In this document: positions 23,705 through 38,207 of the stretch, one piece after another
Position numbering within the stretch: the first letter of the stretch is position 1
How the letters are laid out: every line of letters starts with the position of its first letter
Origin: Macrostomum hystrix
Taxonomy: Eukaryota > Animalia > Platyhelminthes
Length of the DNA stretch: 64,000 nt
Assembly: GCA_950097015.1 (NCBI GenBank)
Contig: CATNEN010000008.1
Coordinates: 1,612,001 to 1,676,000, forward strand
Reading direction: 5' to 3'
Made by a program: the position numbers and the translations under genes
Notes under the pieces: model-generated
Database searches by the model: none
What the model saw: the letters and a program-made list of their open reading frames with translations, nothing else
What the model was told of the DNA's origin: nothing

Positions 23705-24130
23705 AAAGCGACTAAGAGAGTGTGTGAAAGAGACTGAAGAAACAGTGAAAGAGACAGAAGAAACAGTGAAAGAGACTGAGAGACAAAGAGACTGAGAAAC
23801 AGTGAAAGAGACTGAAGAAACAGTGAAAGAGACTGAGAAACTGTGAAAGAGACTGAGAAACTGTGAAAGAGACTGAAGAAACAGTGAAAGAGACTGAGAA
23901 ACTGTGAAAGAGACTGAGAAACTGTGAAAGAGACTGAGAAACAGTGAAAGAGACTGAAGAAACTGTGAAAGAGACTGAAGAAACTGTGAAAGAGACTGAA
24001 GAAACTGTGAAAGAGACTGAAGAAACAGTGAAAGAGACTGAGAAACAGTGAAAGAGACTGAGAAACAGTGAAAGAGACTGAGAGACAAAGAGACTGAGAG
24101 ACAAAGAGACTGAGAAAAGGTGAAAGAGAC
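23705..24130. repeat. 20-22-bp purine-rich minisatellite (GAAACAGTGAAAGAGACTGA)
   Basis: Directly visible. Confidence 0.93.
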
Positions 24131-24925
24131 TGGGAGTCATGCATGCATTTCCTACCCCTACCTACCCTACCAGCGCACAGCAACTACCTCGGCGGCATAT
24201 TATCGCAGAAAGTTCCTGCCGTCCTGTTCCTGGTCTGCCCATGGTATTCCAGATTTTGTCCATTTTGCGAATTCTTCCTCCCTGAAATGGTCCAAGTTGC
24301 TGTCCCCTCTCTCCCCGTTACCGCAAGATGCTTGCTGTGTACTTCAACCTCAACTTGGCTGCGAGCGTTCTCTACGATGCCATGGTAGACAGGGATTCGA
24401 TGCCAGAAGCGCAGAGCCTTGCCATTTGCATCCGGACCCGGCACATGCACGCAGGGAGAATGGAAGCTCGCAGGCGCATCAGCTGGCCCGCCGCGTACTG
24501 AAGGAGGAACGAAATACAAATGCTGCTGGTTGCTATGGGGGGACAAAACAGACGGGCGATCTTTCGCTGGTCTACGATATTTCGGCATCGCTTGAAGGGG
24601 AGTTGAAGCTTCGCTTAAAATTCTGGCTACCAACCATTTTCTACCTCAGCCTACCTACCCCCTGGATGCCGATCGATCGGTCCCGACTATCCCGATGAGG
24701 ATTCTTCGGTTTGCAAGCCTGCCCCCAGCAATCCCCTCTGTCCTGATTTCGCAGGAATCGGCCGGCTGCTACAAAACTGGTGCCGAAGCTCCACAGCGCC
24801 TTGGGTCTTAGTCTTAAGGGCGAAAGTTAAAACGGTATAGGCTGTTTGGGAAAATTGCCCCAGCTGCCTTTAAGGATCATCTGGCCAGGTGTCCGCAATC
24901 CACTGCCTGAAAAGTATTCGGTGAA

Positions 24926-27900
24926 ATGCATTCCGCCGAGCTGGCAGTCCTGCTGGCTCTGGCTGCCGCTTCTGCGTGCTTCGCTGGGTGTCAGGCTCTG
25001 CTGAGCAATGGTGAGTCTGGCTAGAAAGAAAAAGAAAAACGTATTTTATCAATCAAAATGCAATCGACATACGTTCTCTTATCGATTGCTCGTGCCAGAG
25101 AGTTCCTCTCTTATCGATCGCTCGTGGCAGAGAGTTGCTCTCTTATTGATCGCCAGTCCATCTTTTATCGATCGCCAGTCCCTCTCTTATCAATCGCCAG
25201 TCCTCTCTTATCGATCGCCAGTCCCTCTCTTATCGATCGCCAGTCCCTCTCTTATCGATCGCCAGTCCTCTCTTATCGATCGCCAGTCCCTCTCTTATCG
25301 ATCGCCAGTCCTCTCCTATCGATCGCCAGTCCTCTCTTATCGATCGCCAGTCCCTCTCTTATCGATCGCCAGTCCTTTCTTATCGATCGCGAGTCCTCGC
25401 TTTATCGAACGCTAACTACTCGCCTCACAACAACGAAAGCCTCCAACAAGGATAGCCGCGGCCAGCCCTGCAGCCATCGGGGCATTCAGGTGGCCATTGA
25501 CGGAGCCGAATTTCAGCATCCCGGCTTTCCCTGCCAGATGTGCGACTGTCGCAACGGCGTCATCGAGTGCCACAGGCGGCCCTGCGACGAACTGCCAGAC
25601 AGCGGCTGCCCAAGAGAGCGCCAGAGCTTCGATGGCTGCTGCGTAGTCTGCTTAGGTAGGGTCTACGAGGTGGCTGTTTAGCAGTGTCTGTAGTAGACAG
25701 TTTTAACACCCCGCCATTTAAAACCAATCAGCTCAAGCAGCCTCCGGCTCGGGCGTTAGCCGGAAGCGTCGACAACTGGATACCACAGACACCGAAGTCG
25801 AGGGCAGTGGCGGAGGCGCCGGCGAAGCAGACGCTCCAGTGCCGACAACGACAACGGCACAACCGACTACAACCACTACCCCGATCACCACAACCACGAC
25901 GCGAGCTCCGCCACCTCCATCTGATGTCAAGGGACCAGGCGGAGGTCGTGCGGCCGGCGGCCGGTCACTTGGTGGCGGCCCGGACGGTGGCGGCCCGGTG
26001 GTCCCCGGACCGGCCGGTCCGCAGGGTCCCCGCGGCGACCTCGGCCCGCCAGGACCGCCAGGACCCGAGGGTCTTCCAGGCGAGGCGGGCAGCCAAGGCA
26101 AACCCGGCCGGAAAGGCGACAAAGGTGTCACCGGACCTGCGGGACTAAAGGGCGACGCTGGGCCGCCTGGCGAGGTCGGTCCGATCGGCCCCAATGGCGC
26201 CCGAGGACGCGACGGCGAGCAGGGCTTCGCCGGATCGCCGGGTCCCCGAGGATCGGCGGGAGAGTCAGGGCCAAAGGGACAGCCGGGCGGTGCTGGGATA
26301 GCCGGAGCCAAGGGCGAATCCGGTCGAGCCGGCGTCAAAGGCGAAGCTGGACAGCGAGGACCGAAGGGCGAGCCTGGCGTCAAAGGCGACAAAGGCGGCA
26401 AGGGCTTCCAGGGCGACGCCGGACGGCCAGGAGCCGACGGGCCACGCGGACCAGTCGGACTGCGAGGACCAGACGGACCGCCAGGACCGGCCGGCGGCAA
26501 AGGACACACAGGCGTGCAGGGCGACGTCGGTCCGACCGGAGTGGACGGACCGCCAGGACCGCCTGGCGATCCGGGTCCGATTGGGCAGCGCGGAGCTCCG
26601 GGCAGCCTCGGACAGGCCGGCCAGCCGGGCGAGAAAGGCGACAAAGGCGAACTTGGCTCTGTCGGACCCGCCGGTCAGCAGGGGCCAATCGGCCTACTCG
26701 GATCTCCGGGTGATCCGGGAGATCCTGGACCGCGAGGCTACGACGGCTCGGCTGGTAGGCCAGGTCCGCCAGGCGTTGCCGGTCAGCCGGGCACACCGGG
26801 AACAGCCGGCATCAAGGGCGACCGTGGACCGAAGGGCGACAAAGGCGTCAGCGGGCAGGACGCTCCGGCCGGCGAGAAGGGTCAGAAAGGCGACGCCGGA
26901 CCGGTCGGACCGCCCGGAAAGGTCGGCGCCCGCGGCCAGCCTGGCCTGACAGGCAGCCCTGGCGAGAGCGGCAACTCCGGAGCCAAAGGCGATCGAGGCG
27001 AGCCGGGCCGGTCTGGCAAGGACGGTGCGCCCGGCCGGGCCGGACAGCCCGGGCCGCAGGGACCACAGGGTGAGGCGGGCTTCGCAGGCGCAGTCGGACA
27101 GCCGGGTGATCGCGGACCAGCGGGCACCCCCGGACGGCCTGGCGAGCCGGGTCCTCAGGGCCAGCAGGGTCCGCAGGGAGCGGCTGGCCCAGTTGGTCCG
27201 GAGGGTCCGAAAGGCGAGGCTGGCGTTCCCGGGCCACCTGGCGAGCCCGGACAGCCCGGACCAGTCGGAGCGCCCGGAGCCGGCGGTCCCCAGGGCTCAC
27301 CTGGCACAGCCGGACAGATCGGACCAGCCGGCAAGCCGGGCGACGCCGGACCGACCGGTCCGCCTGGCCAGCAGGGACCCCAGGGACCGGCCGGACAGGC
27401 TGGCGAGCGGGGCGAAGCCGGACCTCCCGGAGAGCCCGGACCGCAGGGACAAAACGGAGCGATTGGCGCCAGGGGCACTCCCGGTAAGGCCGGACCGAAG
27501 GGTGCGGTCGGCGAGAAGGGTCCAACAGGGCCGACTGGAGCTCAGGGCAAGAAAGGACTGAAGGGCGACGGCGGCGCAGCTGGGCCAATCGGCGCGCAAG
27601 GCAAGGACGGACCGCCAGGCAGCACGGTTAGTTGAACACCCGGGGCCAAGCGTAAAAATACTTAGTACCCACAACCAAGCACTCCATTATAACAGCCAGA
27701 GCAGAGTACATATTTTAGCACCCCGGGCCAAAACGCGGTGCCAAGCACCCCATTTTAACACGCGGTGCCAAGCACCCCATTTTAACACGCCGGCCAAGCA
27801 CCCCATTTTAACACGCGGTGCCAAGCACCCCATTTTAACACGCGGGCCAAGCACCCCATTTTAACACGCGGGCCAAGCACCCCATTTTAACACGCGGGAC

Positions 27901-30900
27901 AAGCAGCCCATTTTAACACGCGGGGTAAGTCACCAGACAAGGCAACATGAGTCGATTTAAAATAGAAAAATTATTTCTCTCCTTCTGCAAAAAACCAGGG
28001 ACCAGCCGGACCGCCTGGCCCGCCTGGCAACCGTGGCTCAACCGGACCGCAAGGCGACGAGGGCGAACAGGGACTAAAAGGTTCAGTTGGATCGGATGGA
28101 GACAAGGGCGAACGCGGAGCTCCCGGACCGGACGCTAAGCTCGGCGGCCTACTGCGCAGTCGTCGCGAAGCCGCAGCCGCCGGACCGCCAGGCGCAATCG
28201 GCGAGCGCGGACCACCCGGCGACGACGGAGTCGACGGCGCCCCTGGCAAAACCGGCGAACCCGGCTTGGCGGGCGATCCAGGACCGCCTGGACCCTCCGG
28301 ACCGCGCGGACCGGCAGGCATCAAGGGAGAGAAGGGCGGAGTCGGCGATGCGGGCGACCGCGGCGCCGCTGGAGTCGTCGGTCCGCAGGGTCCGCCAGGC
28401 GAGCGCGGCGCCGCTGGCCCGCCGGGCGAAAACGGCACGGCCGGCCGCGACGGCGCGCCGGGTCTGTCGGGCCAGCAGGGCCGGCGGGGACCAACCGGAG
28501 AGCGGGGCTTCCCGGGCGCAGCCGGAGCCCCGGGCCAACCGGGCGAGCTTGGCCTGGAAGGTCCAGCCGGCCTGAAGGGCGAGCCGGGGCCGCTGGGCGA
28601 CCCGGGCCTGCCAGGACAGCGCGGCGAGGCCGGCGAACGCGGCCCGGCGGGCGCCAAAGGTGAGCCTGGTAGGGACGGCCAAGCCGGGCCGGCCGGTCCG
28701 CAGGGACAGCCGGGCGTTCGAGGCGCCGCCGGGCAGCCAGGCGAGCCCGGATCAGCCGGCGACAAGGGCGCCACGGGGCCAACTGGAGAGCGCGGCCCGG
28801 ACGGCGATAATGGAGACCGCGGCGCCAAGGGCGGCAAGGGAGCCCCCGGTGCGGCTGGACCTCCCGGCATGCAGGTGACGGAGATAAGATGATAAAAAAG
28901 ATAAAAATAACAAAAACTGTCTACCCCAGCTGTGCAGCCGGCAGCACGGCTGTTCAGTCCATGGACACCCACCCTCAATTACCCCAGCTAAGCCCCGTAG
29001 CCATTTAACAGCTGGACTGAACTGTTGCAGACACAAAACTCTGAAAACTAACGGAAATACGAGCGGAGCGACAAATTATTCGTACAACACTCGCAACCGT
29101 CCTCCAGGGTCACCAAGGAGCGCCCGGCGAGCGTGGCGTCTCAGGTCCACAGGGCGACAAGGGCGAACCGGGCCCGCCAGGTGAGCGCGGCCGTCAGGGA
29201 TTCCCCGGACCCTCCGGCGAGTACGGACCACCCGGACCGGCAGGCGCCAAGGGCGACACCGGATTCCCAGGAGCTCCAGGCGAAATGGGGCCGCGCGGCC
29301 CGATTGGAATAATCGGCATCGCCGGGCCGAAGGGCCAGCCCGGACCGCCGGGCGACGTCGGGCCGACCGGTGCCAATGGCGAGAAGGGCACCCCGGGCCC
29401 ACTTGGATTTCCTGGACTGCCCGGTCCGCCCGGACCGAAAGGCTTCATGGGCCAGACAGGACCGCGCGGCACCAACGGAGAGCCGGGCGCGGAGGGACAG
29501 CGGGGCGAGGCAGGTCCGCAAGGCCCGATTGGGCCGCCAGGGCCGCAGGGCTATCCGGGCGATCCGGGCGCGGCTGGCGACTCCGGCGAGCCCGGCGATC
29601 CGGGTCTGCCCGGCGACCCCGGACCAGCCGGCCCACCCGGACCAATCAGAGTCATCCAGGTGGCGGCCGGAATGCTTAGCGACGAGGCCGGAGCTGCGGC
29701 CTGGCTTGGAGCCGATGTAAGTAACAATTTTTTGTTTAAAAAGTAAAATACAGACCGAATATTCTTATAATACTACTGAATTTGCTGTTTAAGTAGTATA
29801 AAAACTCAATTCATTTAAAAAAAAATTATTTTAGGCGTTCGCTCAACCGGATGGCAGCAAGGAGAAGCCGGCCCGGACTTGCCGGCAGCTGTTTGAGAGC
29901 CGGACCAGCCTGCCCGACGGTGAGGGAGGGTGGCAATCAGATAGGATAGATAAACACTTGGAATAGAAAGATAAGCATAGATTGTGTCGAATCTTCGCAG
30001 GCCAGTACTGGATCGATCCAAACGGTGGCCAGTTGGATGACGCGGTGCAGGTTGTCTGCAGCCGCGGCGATAACGGTCAACAATGGAGCTGCCTGGAACC
30101 CGTGGCAGCCAGCGCTGCCGATTTGACCGCCGCTGCCGCCATAGCCTCCAATGCTGACGGACGCGTCTGGTTATCGGAGACCGAGATGCGAGAGGTGTGA
30201 AAATTTTCCAGGCTCCCCAGTCGACAATTCTGACTTAAGAGCCCTGGGCAAAACACCCCATTTAACAGCCTAGACTAAACACATTTAATAGACTAGACTA
30301 AACATCCCATTTAACAGACTAGGCTAAACACTCCATTTAATAGCCTAGACTAAACACCCCATCTAGACTAAACACCCCATTTAATAGCCTAGTCTAAACA
30401 CCCCATTTAACAGCCTAGACTAAACACTCCATCTAGACTAAACACCCCATTTAATAGCCTATAGTCTAGACACCCGACTTAACAGCCTAGACTAAACACC
30501 CCATTTTAGCACCCTGGAACAAACACCCCATTTTAGCACCCTGGGACAAACACCCCATTTTAGCACCCTGGGACAAACACCCCATATTAGCACCCTGGGA
30601 CAAACACTCCATTTTGACACTCTGGGACAAAGACTCCATTTTAACACCCTGGAACAAACACCCCATTTTAGCACCCTGGGACAGACACCCCATTTTAACA
30701 CCCTGGAACAAACACCCCATTCTAGCACCCTGGAACAAACACCCCATTTTAGCACCCTGGGACAGACACCCCATTTTAGCACCCTGGGACAAACACCCCA
30801 TTTTAGCACCCTGGAACAAACACCCCATTTTAACACCCTGGAACAAACACCCCATTTTAGCACCCTGGAACAAACACCCCATTTTAGCACCCTGGGACAA

Positions 30901-31282
30901 AACCCCATTTTAAATAATCCCGCAGCTTGAATACGGCGTTGACGGCAGCCAGCTGGCCTATCTGCAGCTGCTGTCTAGCCGGTCCAAACAGCGCGTGTCT
31001 GTTAACTGCGAGTCCACCAGCGCTCAGCTCGGCTCCCTGCTGGTACTGTACACCGACTCCGGTCGGACGGTGACCGACTCAGGCCGGCTGGACGACGAAG
31101 ACGACAGCTTCAACGAAGGCAGACGCCTGCTAACAAGCGTCGGCGGCAGCGACGGTTGCCGACCGGGTCGCCGGTTGGACGTCGAACTGGCCGGACGAGC
31201 CGTACATCTGCCAGTCAGGGACGTCGCCGCTGTGCAGGGCCGGCCGCTGCGGCTGCGCCTGCACGGAGTCTGCTTCTCTTAG
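24926..31282 (+). CDS. Fibrillar collagen alpha chain (signal peptide, VWC, about 332 Gly-X-Y triplets, COLFI; about 1438 aa, 8 exons)
   Basis: Exons 24926-25010, 25440-25655, 25732-27626, 27999-28874, 29108-29716, 29835-29919, 30001-30194, 30926-31282; sum 4317 nt in frame. [17 protein letters not shown] signal peptide; [18 protein letters not shown]; [27 protein letters not shown], terminal VCFS. The exon 2 and 3 acceptors have alternatives. Confidence 0.93.
25060..25410. repeat. About 21-bp minisatellite (CTCTTATCGATCGCCAGTCC) in collagen intron 1
   Basis: Directly visible. Confidence 0.9.
27715..27930. repeat. About 26-bp minisatellite (CCAAGCACCCCATTTTAACACGCGG) in collagen intron 3
   Basis: Directly visible. 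Confidence 0.9.
28920..29035 (-). mobile_element. SINE family B tail fragment in collagen intron 4
   Basis: CTGTTCAGTCCATGGAC..CCCTCAATTAC.CCAGC..CCATTTAACAGCTGGA matches 46540-46650. Confidence 0.7.
30250..30915. repeat. Two related 25-26-bp arrays (AAACACCCCATTTAACAGCCTAGACT then AAACACCCCATTTTAGCACCCTGG[G/A]AC) filling collagen intron 7
   Basis: Directly visible; the unit switches near 30495. Confidence 0.93.
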
Positions 31283-32590
31283 GAGATCTGGACACTGATT
31301 GATTTGATCGATTGATCTGAACGGCTGATTGACATAGAACATTGATTTATTAGTATTATAAAACCGCATAAGTAAACCTAGTGTATAGAGTAACTAAATA
31401 TTAATCAATTTGACACACTGACATTATTCTTCTATCGGGTTTTTCGAATAAGGAAAAAGTTCGCAACAAAGTATTAGTTGACATGGAACTTTTTACTTAG
31501 CACAACCAATGGCTTAAAAGTATCAGTAAGTGATTATTCGTTCATTTTTTGTTATAACGAAGTCGTGGCTTTTATCGTATTTAAGTGTCTACGGAGACAG
31601 GAAAGCGAGAATTATGACAACATTATAGTAATATAATTAGAGCTGTATTCAATTGTTGTAATCGTCAATTTTTTCGCAACTCCCATCAGACTAACCGCCC
31701 TGCAAACACTGATGATAATTTAGACTACATAATAAGTTTTGAACTTTCTGATTGCAGACAAATATAAAAGTCAATCTAACACTAAGCTTGCTTCAGCTCG
31801 CAATTAGATGCCATTTTTGCAGGTGGTGCAGACATCAGCACATTTTTTGTCTAGTTGTTTTTCATTTAAAATCCGAAAATTGCATTCTAGCCGCAGGTAA
31901 ACGGCGAAAGCAACTATTCCCTTGTTTAAATATGACAAGCGCTTCGTCATCTAATTAGTTCTAAAATTTGAAAGTAAGAAAGACACTGGCTTAAAGCCGC
32001 TCGCAGACTAGACCAGTGGCCGGTTTGGTGAACTTAATTCAATTCAGAATTAGCGGCTAACAAAAAACTATGGAAATAAAATATTACTTAACAAACAGAA
32101 ATTAGCAAAAATACAAATAGGTATTTTGATTTATCGGCAGGGAAAATACAATTGCTGTTAAACAGGCAGACAGACAGTTACAGTAAAATTGGCTCACACG
32201 TTTCCAGTTGGCACACAGAATGGATGAAAGATAAAATACGAGTATAAAGCAAACAAAAATGTTAAGTTCGAGTGAGAAGACAAAAAAATAGTTTTAAGTT
32301 ATTTTATGTTAATTCGAGTATTTGCTTGTGTGTTGGTATGCACAATGCAACAAAAATATTTATTTACATTGAAGGTAAAAACATATATTAGTGTTTAAAT
32401 GACAATTGTGAGACTAATGAAAAAAGAGACTAATACTCAGACTGAAAAAAAAATGTTTCACTAAACTACACTCTTTTCGCGTTACCTAAAAATGAAATTA
32501 ACAATGATAAACGCACTTAAAAGTTTTCATGTTTGTTTAAGTACACATGCACTTTGATGTGCATAGGTACTTTATTAGTGCGCCAATAAC

Positions 32591-36814
<4,224 letters not shown>

Positions 36815-36864
36815 CTGCAATTTTTTGAAAGATTTTAAGTCTTTCTAATTTATCAGAGCATAAT

Positions 36865-37140
36865 TGACCAATTGGAGAAATCTATGATTTAACTGACCAA
36901 TCACGCTAATCAGATAATAATAAGTCTTAGCTGACCAATCCGAGAACCAAACGTCTTATCGAACGAATCAAAGAATCCTACGACTTAACTGACGAATCAT
37001 AGAATTTTGCGAGTTGACTGACCAATCAGAGAATCCTATGAGTTAACTGACCAATCAGAGAATCCTATGAGTTGACTGACCAATCAGAGAATCCTTTGAG
37101 TTGACTGACCAATCAGTGAATCCTATGACTTAACCGACTA
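36865..37140. promoter_or_regulatory. 29-bp-periodic array of CCAAT boxes (CTGACCAATCAG) directly upstream of the PHRF1-like gene
   Basis: CCAAT at about 36868, 36897, 36935, 37022, 37051, 37080 and 37109; CGAAT variants at about 36964 and 36993. Confidence 0.55.
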
Positions 37141-37659
37141 ATTCAAGAAAGTTTTTTTTAACCAAAATAATTATAGATACCAAAGGCAAAGCTATATGAA
37201 AACAATTTAAACTTTAAAGACATTTACTTACTACTCAAATATTTAAAGAAAAAAGGTATATACGGATGCATGAAACTTGCGCAAAAGATTAATTCATCTA
37301 CTGGTTAAAATAAAGCTGATATGCACAAAGAAAACAAGCAAAGAGAGAAAACACAGGAAGAAGCAGAGAAGCAGTTACAAAAAGATTTTAATCAAGGTAA
37401 ATAAAAACACTAATAAAGCTGTAATTCGTCTTAAACTTTGAAATCTAAAAGGTAAAAACAATAGCGCTATTTATAAAAATACTGAACGCTCGTCTGCAAA
37501 GTGAATATTACTGTGGTCAGAAATAAAATTATAAAGTATGAATCAGCTATAAGTCGGTAAGTCGAAAATTTTCGATTAAGACGGTAGTTATGCAGTGATT
37601 CATTGTGTTCTATTTATAGACTCTTTATGATTTGCCAGATGATTCACATTGAAAGGATG

Positions 37660-37810
37660 AAGGTCGATTGTGATTGGTCAACGAGTGTACAGACATGGGG
37701 TGGGTGCATAAAGGTCGATTGTGATTGGCCAGCAAGTGTACAGACATGTGGTGGGTGCACGAAGGTCGATTGTGATTGGCCAGCAAGTGTATAGACATGG
37801 GGTGGGTGCA
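37660..37810. repeat. About 47-bp tandem repeat x3 (AAGGTCGATTGTGATTGGCCAGCAAGTGTACAGACATG...)
   Basis: Directly visible; each unit carries ATTGG. Confidence 0.8.
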
Positions 37811-38207
37811 AGTTTACATAGGCTGATGATGAATAAGTACCAGCATTTACCAGCTACCAGAATGGATGAGCTAATAACTACCAGCAAATAATTATGAGCT
37901 CGACACAGAAAAAAATAAAAGGTAAAAGCTAACTAAAAGCTAAGAAAAGCACAAAAGGCAAATTCTTGTTATTGTTTATAATCTTCAGAAAAAAAAGTTC
38001 TTTTAACTGTCACCTTAAATAAAACAATTTGCAGATTAACTATAAAATGTTAAAATTATGAATTTGTGATCATTTCAAAGAAACACTATGCAAGCAAGTA
38101 AAAAATTGATCATTTTAAATCACCATTATAAACTTTATATCTTTCATTTTTTGACTACTAAAAGTAGGCCAGTAATGCTTATTCAATAGTTTAAGTTAGG
38201 CCATGCC

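Noticed and set aside
25733-29645. Many long antisense and alternative-frame ORFs over the collagen
   Set aside because: Shadows of GC-rich Gly-X-Y codons.
37231-37271. ATG-containing upstream exon for the PHRF1-like gene ending at the GTAAGT donor
   Set aside because: It is 40 nt (phase 1) and places the zinc-finger exon out of frame, reaching a stop.
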